DNA from: an uncultured Acidimicrobiales bacterium
GTDB lineage: Bacteria; Actinomycetota; Acidimicrobiia; Acidimicrobiales; CALAML01
Length of the DNA stretch: 64,000 bases
Assembly: GCA_937925845.1 (NCBI GenBank)
Contig: CALAML010000045.1
Span: 1,616-65,615 of the forward strand
Direction of reading: 5' to 3'
Positions 15,885-24,613 of this stretch are shown in pieces (position 1 is the first letter of the stretch; every line of letters starts with the position of its first letter). The translations under genes and the position numbers were made by a program. Below the pieces are notes generated by a model. It saw only the letters and a program-made list of their open reading frames with translations, was not told the origin of the DNA and did not search any database.

Positions 15885-17519
15885 ATGGTTGAATACTCCC
15901 ATGGTGAATCGCCCCCCCTGTCTGGCGATGATGGCCGGATGACCACCGATGATTCCGAGCCATCGAGCCCGGACGACGTAGCGCGCCGCCTCGGGAAGCT
16001 GCGCAACCTCGATTCTGAACCGCTCGATGTGCCGTGGCTCACCCACCCTGACCGCGATCGGCTCGACAAGGCGTTGGCAGCCCGCCAGGTCGATCCCTGG
16101 GATCGGCCCGAGGGTCGCTCAACCGACCCGCCCATCGCCTCTCAGGCTCAAGACGCCACGGCCATGGCCCACACGGTGGACAACTCCCAGGACCCGACAC
16201 GAATCGCGGCCCGACCCGGAGCCGCTGAGCACGAAGCGACGCGCGTGGTTTCCACCGACCAACAGCGACGGCGACCGAATCGCGGACGTCGCGGTGCGTC
16301 TGATCCGCCCAGTGTCGGTTCCTCGGCACCCCCCGAGCGGTCGAAGCGACCCGAGGGGCGCGGGTCCGACGAGGCTGAGGTCGCACCGCGGCCGGCCCCA
16401 GGCACGGCCCTGCGGCCCACCCTGCCGATCGATCCCGATCCAGCCGTTCGCCCGACCCGCCGCTCCCGCAACGAGTCGTCCCGCCCACCGGGCGAACCAC
16501 GGCGCCTCCCACGGCCGCGAATTCCGAAGCGACCCCGACGCCAACCCTCCCGACACCGAAGAGGTCAGTCGTGGTGGCAACGACTACCCAAGCTCAAACT
16601 GGTGGTGGCACTCTTCACCATCTTTGTGCTGGGCAACGTCTTTTGGGCTGTTGCCTCTTACCGAAGCGTGGAGCGGGTGGAGGTGGCCGACGCCCTGTCG
16701 CCGTCATCGTCCGGTTTCCGCAACATCTTGTTGGTCGGCACCGACAATCGAGACGGCATCGATGTCGACAACCCCAATGCCGATGCCATCCTCGGCGAGG
16801 GAGCGCCCAGCGGATCCCGAACCGACACCATCTTGTTGCTGCGTCTCGGCGACGACGGTTCCCAGCTCCTGTCGCTGCCCCGCGACCTCTGGATCACCCA
16901 ATCGACCAGCGGAGAAGAATCGCGGATCAACAGCGCATATGCGGTCGGTCCCGACGAGTTGATTCGAACCGTGAAAGACAACCTGGATGTGCCGGTGCAC
17001 AACTACGTCGAGATCGACTTTGCTGGCTTCCTCGGTGTGGTTGACGCGCTGGGCGGGGTCACCGTGGACTTCCCCCACGCCGCCTTCGACACCCGATCCG
17101 GACTCAACATCGAAAATCCCGGACCGGCCAAGCTCGACCGGGATGACGCCCTCGCCTATGTGCGGTCGCGGCAATACACCGAAATTGTCGACGGTCTCCA
17201 GGTTCGAGATCCACGTGGCGACCTCGGCCGGGTGGTGCGACAACAGGCGTTCCTGCGACAGGTCTTTGCCGATCTCGCCGACGTTCGTAACCCGGTCACC
17301 ATGAACCGCATCGGCTCCAACGTGTCGGACAACGTCAAGATCGACAACGATCTGTCGTTCCTCGAGTCACTGCGCATCGCCCGCAAGGTTCAGGGCCTCA
17401 ACCCCGAACCGGTGGTGGTGCCTACGGTCAACCACCGCACCGCCGGCGGCGCGGCGGTTCTGCTGCTCGATGACAACAACGCCCAGCAGGCGCTCGATCA
17501 GTTCCGGGACTCCGAGTAG
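15885..17519 (+). CDS. LCP (LytR-CpsA-Psr) family cell-wall glycopolymer ligase with long basic/Pro-rich cytoplasmic N-terminus
   Basis: A TM helix LVVALFTIFVLGNVFWAVASY is followed by NILLVGTDNR…SRTDTILLLRL…LLSLPRDLW…INSAY…VHNYVEIDFAGFLGVVDALGGVTV, which are LCP core motifs. The start is uncertain (alternative Met at 15939). Confidence 0.85.
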   Translation: MVEYSHGESPPLSGDDGRMTTDDSEPSSPDDVARRLGKLRNLDSEPLDVPWLTHPDRDRLDKALAARQVDPWDRPEGRSTDPPIASQAQDATAMAHTVDNSQDPTRIAARPGAAEHEATRVVSTDQQRRRPNRGRRGASDPPSVGSSAPPERSKRPEGRGSDEAEVAPRPAPGTALRPTLPIDPDPAVRPTRRSRNESSRPPGEPRRLPRPRIPKRPRRQPSRHRRGQSWWQRLPKLKLVVALFTIFVLGNVFWAVASYRSVERVEVADALSPSSSGFRNILLVGTDNRDGIDVDNPNADAILGEGAPSGSRTDTILLLRLGDDGSQLLSLPRDLWITQSTSGEESRINSAYAVGPDELIRTVKDNLDVPVHNYVEIDFAGFLGVVDALGGVTVDFPHAAFDTRSGLNIENPGPAKLDRDDALAYVRSRQYTEIVDGLQVRDPRGDLGRVVRQQAFLRQVFADLADVRNPVTMNRIGSNVSDNVKIDNDLSFLESLRIARKVQGLNPEPVVVPTVNHRTAGGAAVLLLDDNNAQQALDQFRDSE

Positions 17520-17550
17520 CGCCACCAGCTACCGAAGCGGAACGTCAACC

Positions 17551-19008
17551 TCAGAACTCAAAGACGACCCGACGGTGTTCCGGTTTGGCCTCAACAAGGG
17601 TCAGCTCGGCGTCGTTGCCCGCTTGGGCGGTCTTGGAATCGACCTTGGCGACCACCGCCGGATCCCGGAGCTGGACCCGCACATGATCGTCGTCGAGCCG
17701 GCGGATGATGACACCGTCGAACTGCTCACCGATGCGATGGCGCAAGGTTATGGCTTCGACCCAGTCCACAATGGCCCGTTCCAGCGAGGATTCACGGCTG
17801 CGAGCCCGGTCCAGCTCGGAAGGGAGGTCGGCCAACGCGGCCACCGACCACTCCGGCAGCGGTCGATCGGCACAGATCGCCAGAAGGATCTCATTTACAT
17901 AGCGGTCGGCCATGCGCCGCAGAGGAGCGGTGACGTGGGCGTAGTTCGACGCGATGGCATGGTGCTCAGCCCGGGTTGGCGTCTCGTTGACAAAAGCGAG
18001 ATATCCGGCCCCCCGCAGCACACCGGTAGAGGAATTCAACAGGGCGATATCGGTTGAGCGGGCCGGATCGAGGCCCCGAATGAACTCGGGGTAGGACATC
18101 TCCCTGGGCCAATCGACCCCGAGGGCGCCAGCCTGCGATCGCAACTCCTCAACCACATCCGGGTTGGCCGGCGGCAGGGTTCGCAACAAGCCGGTTCCCG
18201 CTTCAACCATCAGGCCCGCGGCGGCAATGCCGGTCAGCAGGCTGATCTGGGCGTTAAATCCCTCAACCGGCAGCGAGCGGTCGTAACTGAGCTGGTAGGA
18301 GTCGCCGTGGGCCACCACTTCCTGGCCCGGAAGGTTCAGGCTGATACCGCCGCGGTCGCGCTCCAGTGCCTGACGAAGTTGACCGATCTCGGCCAGGAGC
18401 TCGAGCGGTTCACCCGCCGTGCCCGCATCGAGCTGGTCCTGGACCTGCTGATAGGAGATCGCGGCCCGAACCCGAACCCTGGCCCGTTCCAACCGAGCAT
18501 CGATCAGCGCGCCGTCGCTATCGAGGTTGATGGTCCAGAGCAGTGACTGGCGATCGGCCGACTCCAACAAGCTGGCCGCGCCCTCCGACAGCGCCTCGGG
18601 ATAGAGAGAACACCTGCGGTCGGGGCTGTAGTAGGTGACGCCACGCTTGCGGGACTCCTGGTCGAGAGCACCGCCGGGCTTCACATAGGCCGCGACATCG
18701 GCAATGGCATAGCTCACCTCGAAACCCGAGCTGGTCCGTCGAGCGAAGTAGGCCTGGTCAAGGTCCTTGCTGCCGGGTGGGTCGATGGCGACCAGCTCAA
18801 GGTCGTTGCGATCGGCGATTTCGAGGGCTCCGGCCTCAGGCGGGAGCGTGGGACCAGCGGCGATGGCGGCCTCAACTTCAGCCATGGCCGCATCGCTGTG
18901 TTGTTCCGGGATCTTCAGCTCGGTGCGCAGGCGGGAAAACCCGGCCAGAAATTCTTCGGAGGTCGCCACATCGGGCGCCGGACTTAACCTCGGAGCGGGC
19001 AATCGCAT
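17551..19008 (-). CDS. RNB-domain ribonuclease (RNase II/R family)
   Basis: …IDPPGSKDLDQAYF… and …HAIASNYAHVTAPLRRMADRYVNE… match RNB catalytic motifs. The start is taken at the internal ATG 19008 (MRLPAPRL…); the ORF extends to 19143. Confidence 0.8.
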   Translation of the reverse strand: MRLPAPRLSPAPDVATSEEFLAGFSRLRTELKIPEQHSDAAMAEVEAAIAAGPTLPPEAGALEIADRNDLELVAIDPPGSKDLDQAYFARRTSSGFEVSYAIADVAAYVKPGGALDQESRKRGVTYYSPDRRCSLYPEALSEGAASLLESADRQSLLWTINLDSDGALIDARLERARVRVRAAISYQQVQDQLDAGTAGEPLELLAEIGQLRQALERDRGGISLNLPGQEVVAHGDSYQLSYDRSLPVEGFNAQISLLTGIAAAGLMVEAGTGLLRTLPPANPDVVEELRSQAGALGVDWPREMSYPEFIRGLDPARSTDIALLNSSTGVLRGAGYLAFVNETPTRAEHHAIASNYAHVTAPLRRMADRYVNEILLAICADRPLPEWSVAALADLPSELDRARSRESSLERAIVDWVEAITLRHRIGEQFDGVIIRRLDDDHVRVQLRDPAVVAKVDSKTAQAGNDAELTLVEAKPEHRRVVFEF

Positions 19009-19409
19009 GCTCTGAAGGTACCCCTGCCGACGCTCAGATGCGCCAGCCGTTTGTGCATCAAAACTGCAACGAGGTAACCAAGGCCCAAAAAAGAATTTGC
19101 CCGTGCCTGCCTCAGCGGTGGCTGGTGGTGCCGAGGCAGGCACGGACGATCTTGTTGCTCAGCTTCTGACCTTTTCGCTCATAGAGCGGTCCAGATGAAG
19201 AAACCGGCGAGACTGGTTTTTACCCTTACATAAGTATCCGTATGAGCGGTGTTCGAAAAGCAGGCAAACGAGCGAACGATTTTCGCTCTACCTCGCTCGG
19301 TCCTTGCGAACCGACGAAAACAGCCATGGTTACATCATGAAGCTAACAACCTGCAGATGAAGAGATCATGAAGTTGGTGAATGTTTTTCGCTTCGGCCAC
19401 CATGGGGCT

Positions 19410-20102
19410 ATGCGAGTGTTGGTGGTAGAGGACAATTTGGCGCTGGGCACCATTGTGGAACGGGGGCTGCGGGAGGATGGCTACGCTATTGACTTAGTGT
19501 CCACACTGGCCGACGCCACCCATCAAGTCGACACCTGTGACTACGACATGATGCTGTTGGACCTCGGGTTGCCGGATGGTGACGGCACCCAATTGTGTGA
19601 AGAAGTTCGTCGCCGGGGTTCGGCCATGCCCATCATCATCCTGACGGCCCGAGACGACCTCGGCGACAAGGTGCGCGGCCTTGACGCCGGAGCCGATGAT
19701 TACGTGACGAAGCCGTTCGACCTGCCCGAACTTACGGCTCGGATGCGGGCCCTGCTGCGCCGACCGGTGGACTACCGCAACACCGAAATTGAAGTGGGCG
19801 ACATCGTTCTTGACCCGTCGACCCATAACGTGACCCGGGCCGGCATCGGCATTCCCCTCACCAGCCGAGAGTTTGCGTTGGCTGAGTACCTGATGCGTCA
19901 CGCCGGCGAAGTGTTGTCTCGCACCGATCTGCTCGAACACGTCTGGGATGCAAACTATGACGGCCTGTCCAACGTGGTGGATGTCCACATCGCCAACCTG
20001 CGGCGCAAGCTTGACCAACCGGGGGCGGCGCCGGTGATCTCGACCGTGCGTGGCGTCGGTTACCGGTTCGAGACGCTGGACGACCTTTCGGTCACACCAT
20101 GA
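19410..20102 (+). CDS. OmpR/PhoB-family response regulator
   Basis: The receiver domain begins MRVLVVEDN, with the phospho-acceptor context MMLLDLGLPDGDG. The winged-helix C-terminus reads …VDVHIANLRRKLD…TVRGVGYRF. The ORF is open from ATG 19368, and 19410 gives the canonical N-terminus. Confidence 0.9.
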   Translation: MRVLVVEDNLALGTIVERGLREDGYAIDLVSTLADATHQVDTCDYDMMLLDLGLPDGDGTQLCEEVRRRGSAMPIIILTARDDLGDKVRGLDAGADDYVTKPFDLPELTARMRALLRRPVDYRNTEIEVGDIVLDPSTHNVTRAGIGIPLTSREFALAEYLMRHAGEVLSRTDLLEHVWDANYDGLSNVVDVHIANLRRKLDQPGAAPVISTVRGVGYRFETLDDLSVTP

Positions 20103-21328
20103 ACCTGCGGCGGCTTCGGGTCCGACTCACCGCGATCTACATGTTGCTTTCGGCGGTGGCGCTGGCCCTGATTGCGGGTATGGCGTTGGAGCTCGGCGTT
20201 GACAACGTCGAAGAATCGGCTCGAGCCGACGTTGAGGAGTTGTTGGTCGACGCCGGCTTTTCCCTCGCCAACCTGCGCACGCCAACCGATCGGGTGTGGA
20301 AGCTGAGAAGCGGGTCGCCGATCACCGCCCAGACCGTCAAGGGCGGCGAGTGGAGCAGCGACGACCCGCTCGACCAGGCGCTGGTGGACGCCGCCGGACC
20401 GATTCTCGGAGCGGTGCAGGGTTCGGGGCGGCTCTCGACCGCATCGGTGGAGATCGAGGGTATGGGCACCTGGCTTTTCGGCGGGTTGCCCTCCGATCTC
20501 GAGCCCGATGTTGTCTTTGCCGCTGCCATCGATTTCGAGCCCTACGAGCAGCGGCGTCGGGAGGTCCAGCTTCGGATTGTTCTGGGTGCGCTGGCCGCGC
20601 TGTTGGTCTCCGGCGTGGCCGGTTGGTGGTTCGCCGGACGGAGCCTCCAACCGGCGCTTCAGGCGCTTCGACAACAGCGAGACTTCATCGCCGATGCGGC
20701 CCACGAACTCCGCACACCACTTTCGGTGATTCAGGCTTCGGCGAGCCATGCGCTGAGTCGGGATCGGCCCGCGCCGGAGTACCGGGCGTCGCTGGGTGAG
20801 GTTCGCGATGCCGCCCAGCGGGCCGGCGAAGGAGTCGGCGAGTTGTTGGAGCTGGCGCGGCTCGAAGCAGGCCAGGCCAAACCCCGAAAGGCCCCGCTGC
20901 GCCTCGACCTGCTGATCGAGGAAGTGGCTGCCGGGATCCGAGTCGATGGGGTGACGGTGATCGCGGAACCCTGCCAACCCGTCATCGCCCACGCCGACTA
21001 CAACCTGATGCGCCAGGTAGTGGAGAACGTGTGTCGCAACGCCGCGGCCCGGGCGACCCAAATCAACCTGGCGGTGGGTGCCGATGACCGCAGCGCAACG
21101 ATCGTGGTCGCCGACAACGGCCCCGGATTTTCCGAAGACGTCATGCCCCGGGTGTTCGAACGCTGGCGCCGCGGCGACGAGTTGGGATCGACCGGCCTCG
21201 GCATGGCCATCGCTCGATCGATCGTGGAGTCCCACGGCGGCATCTGCGAAGTCTCAAACGCAGCCCGCGGCGGGGCCGTAGTACGGCTCATCATCCCGCT
21301 CGGCGAAGCCCGCAAAGCCGACCTGTAG
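20099..21328 (+). CDS. sensor histidine kinase (HisKA + HATPase_c)
   Basis: Two TM segments flank a ~130-aa extracytoplasmic loop. H-box FIADAAHELRTPLSVIQ. G-boxes …VADNGPGF… and …GSTGLGMAIARSIV… ATGA overlap with the response regulator gene. Confidence 0.9.
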   Translation: MNLRRLRVRLTAIYMLLSAVALALIAGMALELGVDNVEESARADVEELLVDAGFSLANLRTPTDRVWKLRSGSPITAQTVKGGEWSSDDPLDQALVDAAGPILGAVQGSGRLSTASVEIEGMGTWLFGGLPSDLEPDVVFAAAIDFEPYEQRRREVQLRIVLGALAALLVSGVAGWWFAGRSLQPALQALRQQRDFIADAAHELRTPLSVIQASASHALSRDRPAPEYRASLGEVRDAAQRAGEGVGELLELARLEAGQAKPRKAPLRLDLLIEEVAAGIRVDGVTVIAEPCQPVIAHADYNLMRQVVENVCRNAAARATQINLAVGADDRSATIVVADNGPGFSEDVMPRVFERWRRGDELGSTGLGMAIARSIVESHGGICEVSNAARGGAVVRLIIPLGEARKADL

Positions 21329-21385
21329 CCAATCACGGCCTCACTTCGGTTGAACCTAGATTGCGGCTGTGTAAATGTCAGCGCT

Positions 21386-22012
21386 ATGCGTTCACGCTTT
21401 CTTGCAGTTTCGACTGCCCTTATAGTTCTTGCCGCCTCGTTCACCCTGATAACGCTGACATCCCAACCTGTTAGTGCACAACAGGAGTGTCACCCGGCGT
21501 ACATCGGGGGTTGTGTGCCCACCGACATGGGTGACGTCAATTGCGGCGATTTGAACTTTGCGGTTCGGTTGCGCAACGTCAACGTGGATCCCTACAACCT
21601 TGACTCTGATGACGATGATGACATCGGTTGTGAAAGCAATGGCCCAGCCCCAGCGAGGCAGCCAGCTTCGCAAACGCCTGTGGCCAAAGCCCGGCGCCCG
21701 GTGGGGAAGGTCTTCAAGATCACCCAGGTTGGCAAGACGAAGTTTGTGCAAGCCACCGGCTGGGCCCTCGATCCTGATGTGAGACGCCCGTCGCGGGTTC
21801 GGATTTTTGTCGATGGTAAGGCCCGCAAAACTGTCAAGGCCAAAGGCCAGTTGGCCAAGGCACCAGCCCGATTCCAGGCCCATGGCAAGAACCACCGCTT
21901 CGCCGTCAAGGTCGCGGTAGGTAAGGGCAAGCACCGGGTATGTGTGGTGGCGTTGAATGAGGGCCGGAAGGCTAAGAACCGAAGCCTGGGTTGCAAGGTC
22001 ATTACTCGCTGA
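21386..22012 (+). CDS. small secreted protein with Excalibur-like Cys/Asp-rich calcium-binding motif
   Basis: Signal peptide MRSRFLAVSTALIVLAASFTLITLTSQPVSA. The motif CHPAYIGGC…CGD…DPYNLDSDDDDDIGCE resembles the Excalibur DxDxDGxxCE pattern. The basic C-terminal half contains …GWALDPD…IFVDG… The gene is visibly less GC-rich than its surroundings. Confidence 0.6.
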   Translation: MRSRFLAVSTALIVLAASFTLITLTSQPVSAQQECHPAYIGGCVPTDMGDVNCGDLNFAVRLRNVNVDPYNLDSDDDDDIGCESNGPAPARQPASQTPVAKARRPVGKVFKITQVGKTKFVQATGWALDPDVRRPSRVRIFVDGKARKTVKAKGQLAKAPARFQAHGKNHRFAVKVAVGKGKHRVCVVALNEGRKAKNRSLGCKVITR

Positions 22013-22024
22013 GCGACTGGTTGG

Positions 22025-23233
22025 TTACTGGCGGAACTGCTTTGTGGCCCAGGCGGCGGCGGGGCGTTCGGCTATCACGTAGGCCAGGCCCGCCACCACC
22101 AGGCTCACTGGCACGGTCACCGCAACCAACGGTATGAGCTCAGCCTGGAAGGGCTCGTAGTCCAACCAGTCCTCCACAAGGCCCATGATGGCCAAATGGG
22201 CCACGAAGAAGCCGACCGAGAGCAGCGACAGCGCGGCCATCACCCGGCTCGAAAGCACCCGAGCGATCAACCCCTGGGAGGGTTGGGCCAGAACGCCGGT
22301 AGCCAGGGTGAGCCCTCCGACCACGGCGTAGAGCAGGTAGCGCAAGCTGTACTCCGGTTCGAGGGCGCCGATGAGATCCGGAACCGCCAACCACGCCACC
22401 AACAGGTAGGCACCCATCGCCCCTATCCAGCCGATCGAGGGATAGCGGGCGATCCACGCCAATGGGCGAGGCAGGGGAGTGCCACGTTCGTGGGCGGCAA
22501 TCACCACCGCCAACGCCAGACCGGGCGCCACCACATCAAGCCACACTGGTAGGAGCACCACGAGGCGAATCTCCTGGCTCCACGTGCCGAAGCTCAAAGC
22601 CGATCGGGCTGCCAACCCCACGAACCCGAGCAGCAAGCACCAGCCCAACAGCAATCTCATCCACTCAGGCTGTTCCGCGTCTGGGTCAGGATCAGCGACC
22701 TCGGGCTTGCCACCGAGCGCCTCTGCGGTGGTTAGGGCGGCGGGTTGGGGCAACAGCTTGCGGGCCAACAACCCCATCACCGGCACCAGGGCGTAAATCT
22801 GGAACAACAGCACCACCACCCAGGTCTGTCCCAGGCCAAGGAAGTTGGATTGGGTGAAGGGCGATTCGAAGAGGGGGTACAGCAGTGTTGCGGCCAGGAA
22901 GTACTCCCGGAAGCCCGAGAGGCTCACGGCGTCGACGGCGACCAGGATGGCGAGCACCACCCAGTAGCCGGGATAGATGCGCAGCAATCGCCGAGCGATG
23001 TAGGGGCCGACAGCTGGCAACGGTTTGCCGTCGATATGAGCCAGCACCAGCGGTCGGAACAACAGGAAGGCCGACATCATCAAAAACAGCGGGACGGCAG
23101 CGTCACCGCGCTTGGCTAGATCATGCACAACGCCGGAGGTGTTGGCCCGAGCCGAAGTGTCGGCATGGACCGCCAACACGCCAAACATGGCCACCACCCG
23201 GAGCCCGTCGAGCAACGGGAACCGCCGGGTCAC
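22025..23233 (-). CDS. acyltransferase family 3 (OafA/YrhL-like) membrane O-acyltransferase
   Basis: GTG start. The N-terminus MTRRFPLLDGLRVVAMFGVLAVHA is the hallmark opening of acyltransferase_3 proteins. About 10 TM helices. Confidence 0.85.
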   Translation of the reverse strand: MTRRFPLLDGLRVVAMFGVLAVHADTSARANTSGVVHDLAKRGDAAVPLFLMMSAFLLFRPLVLAHIDGKPLPAVGPYIARRLLRIYPGYWVVLAILVAVDAVSLSGFREYFLAATLLYPLFESPFTQSNFLGLGQTWVVVLLFQIYALVPVMGLLARKLLPQPAALTTAEALGGKPEVADPDPDAEQPEWMRLLLGWCLLLGFVGLAARSALSFGTWSQEIRLVVLLPVWLDVVAPGLALAVVIAAHERGTPLPRPLAWIARYPSIGWIGAMGAYLLVAWLAVPDLIGALEPEYSLRYLLYAVVGGLTLATGVLAQPSQGLIARVLSSRVMAALSLLSVGFFVAHLAIMGLVEDWLDYEPFQAELIPLVAVTVPVSLVVAGLAYVIAERPAAAWATKQFRQ

Positions 23234-24462
23234 GAGATACGGCGAGACTCAAAGTCTTTCTTGTTGACCGTCTTCACAACCTTGGCCTTCTTGACCTTGG
23301 TCTTCTTGGCCTTCTTTGGCTTCGGAGCTGCCGCGGTTTCGTTTGAGCCGCGGAAGGTCTGGAAGGCGGCGGCGAGGATGGCAGCACCGGTGAGCGCCTT
23401 GGCCTGGGTGGGGCTGATCACCTCTTCGTCGGGTGGCAGAGTGCGGGGAACTTCGGCACGGGGGCCCGCATCGGTGGCTCCGAAGCGGGGGGTTCCCGCC
23501 AGGGCCTCGGGGCCGGTCGGGAGTGGGCCGCGGCCCGACAGGATCTCTTCGGATCGGATCCACTCGCCGCCGATCAGGATCGCAGCAGCCATGGCCAACA
23601 GCGTCACCATCGACAGGGCGATTCCGCCGAGGGCGGCAAAGCTGCCGGTGGTGATCGGCACCGAGAAGATGCCGATCAGGATCACGGCCGGGATCAACAC
23701 ACACAGGGCAACGATGGCACCCTTGGCCCAGCCGGTGCGGTAGGTCTTGTGGTCGGGTCCGAACTTGTAGAGGATGGCGAAAGCGCCGACGGCGAGGGCC
23801 AGCAGCAGCGGGAACCGGATGATGTTGATGGCCAGGCTGGCGGCGCGGCCCAGACCGATGCTGTCGAGAAGAGCGGGCAACCCGGCCAAGGTAAACACGC
23901 TGAGGCCAATGAAGAGAATGGTCCCGATCGTTAACCCGAGCGCGGTGCCTCTCAGCGGCACGAACTTTCTGGACTCCACCTCGTCGAAACTCTGATTCAA
24001 CGAATTCATCAGATGTTTGATGCCACCCGAGGCGGCCCACAACGCCAGGACGATACCGAGTGCCACACCGATGATCTTGCCCACATCGCTGTCGGACTCG
24101 CTAGCCGCATCCACCTCGTCGCCACCCTGTTCGACCGGGTCGAGGATGATGCCCGAGATACTCTCCGGCAGATCAAGATCCTCGACCTGCTCAACGATTT
24201 CTTCGGGGTCAGAGATGATCGAATACATACCGATCATGGCGGTGGAGAACGGAATCAGGGCCAGGAACCCCCAAAACCCGATACCGGCGGCGACCACTGG
24301 CAGGTTGTGCAGTTTGATCCGATCCTTGACCATCATCGCGACGTCTTTGATAGACGGAGCCGCGGCCCGAGCCGTTGGCTGGACCGAAGACCCGTTGGCC
24401 GACAGCGTCTCCTTCGAGAGCGATTCGGTGGCGATTGCTTGCTCGGTAGTGGTTGCAGACAT
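23230..24462 (-). CDS. YihY/BrkB-family membrane protein with Lys-rich C-terminal tail
   Basis: …VVAAGIGFWGFLALIPFSTAMIGMYSII… and six hydrophobic helices are typical of YihY. ATG 24462 has AGGA 5 nt upstream. GTGA overlap with the downstream acyltransferase gene. The tail reads …KPKKAKKTKVKKAKVVKTVNKK…. Confidence 0.8.
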   Translation of the reverse strand: MSATTTEQAIATESLSKETLSANGSSVQPTARAAAPSIKDVAMMVKDRIKLHNLPVVAAGIGFWGFLALIPFSTAMIGMYSIISDPEEIVEQVEDLDLPESISGIILDPVEQGGDEVDAASESDSDVGKIIGVALGIVLALWAASGGIKHLMNSLNQSFDEVESRKFVPLRGTALGLTIGTILFIGLSVFTLAGLPALLDSIGLGRAASLAINIIRFPLLLALAVGAFAILYKFGPDHKTYRTGWAKGAIVALCVLIPAVILIGIFSVPITTGSFAALGGIALSMVTLLAMAAAILIGGEWIRSEEILSGRGPLPTGPEALAGTPRFGATDAGPRAEVPRTLPPDEEVISPTQAKALTGAAILAAAFQTFRGSNETAAAPKPKKAKKTKVKKAKVVKTVNKKDFESRRIS

Positions 24463-24613
24463 GTGGATCCTGAGAAAAACGGGCGACAATGACGGGGTGT
24501 CCGTTTCCCTAGGCTATCCAACCCGCCGTATCCTGCTCGCCATTGCGCTCGCTGGCGCTGGGGCGGTCGGAGTTAAGGAGCTGAGGAACCGCCCGGCTTC
24601 CGGAAACCGAACG

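Noticed and set aside
19195-19340. Mini-ORFs in the two-component leader (MKKPARLVFTLT at 19195, a 32-codon ORF at 19242, MKLTTCR at 19337) considered as leader peptides.
   Set aside because: None has a recognisable ribosome-binding site, and they may simply reflect the AT-rich ATGAAG repeats. There is no way to test this from sequence alone.
24017-24613. N-terminal ~200 codons of the 656-aa ORF that contains the ABC1 kinase.
   Set aside because: This stretch is antisense to the YihY-family gene, and ABC1 homology only begins around 24650. A start at ATG 24461 would share the hexamer ACATGT with the divergent gene's start.
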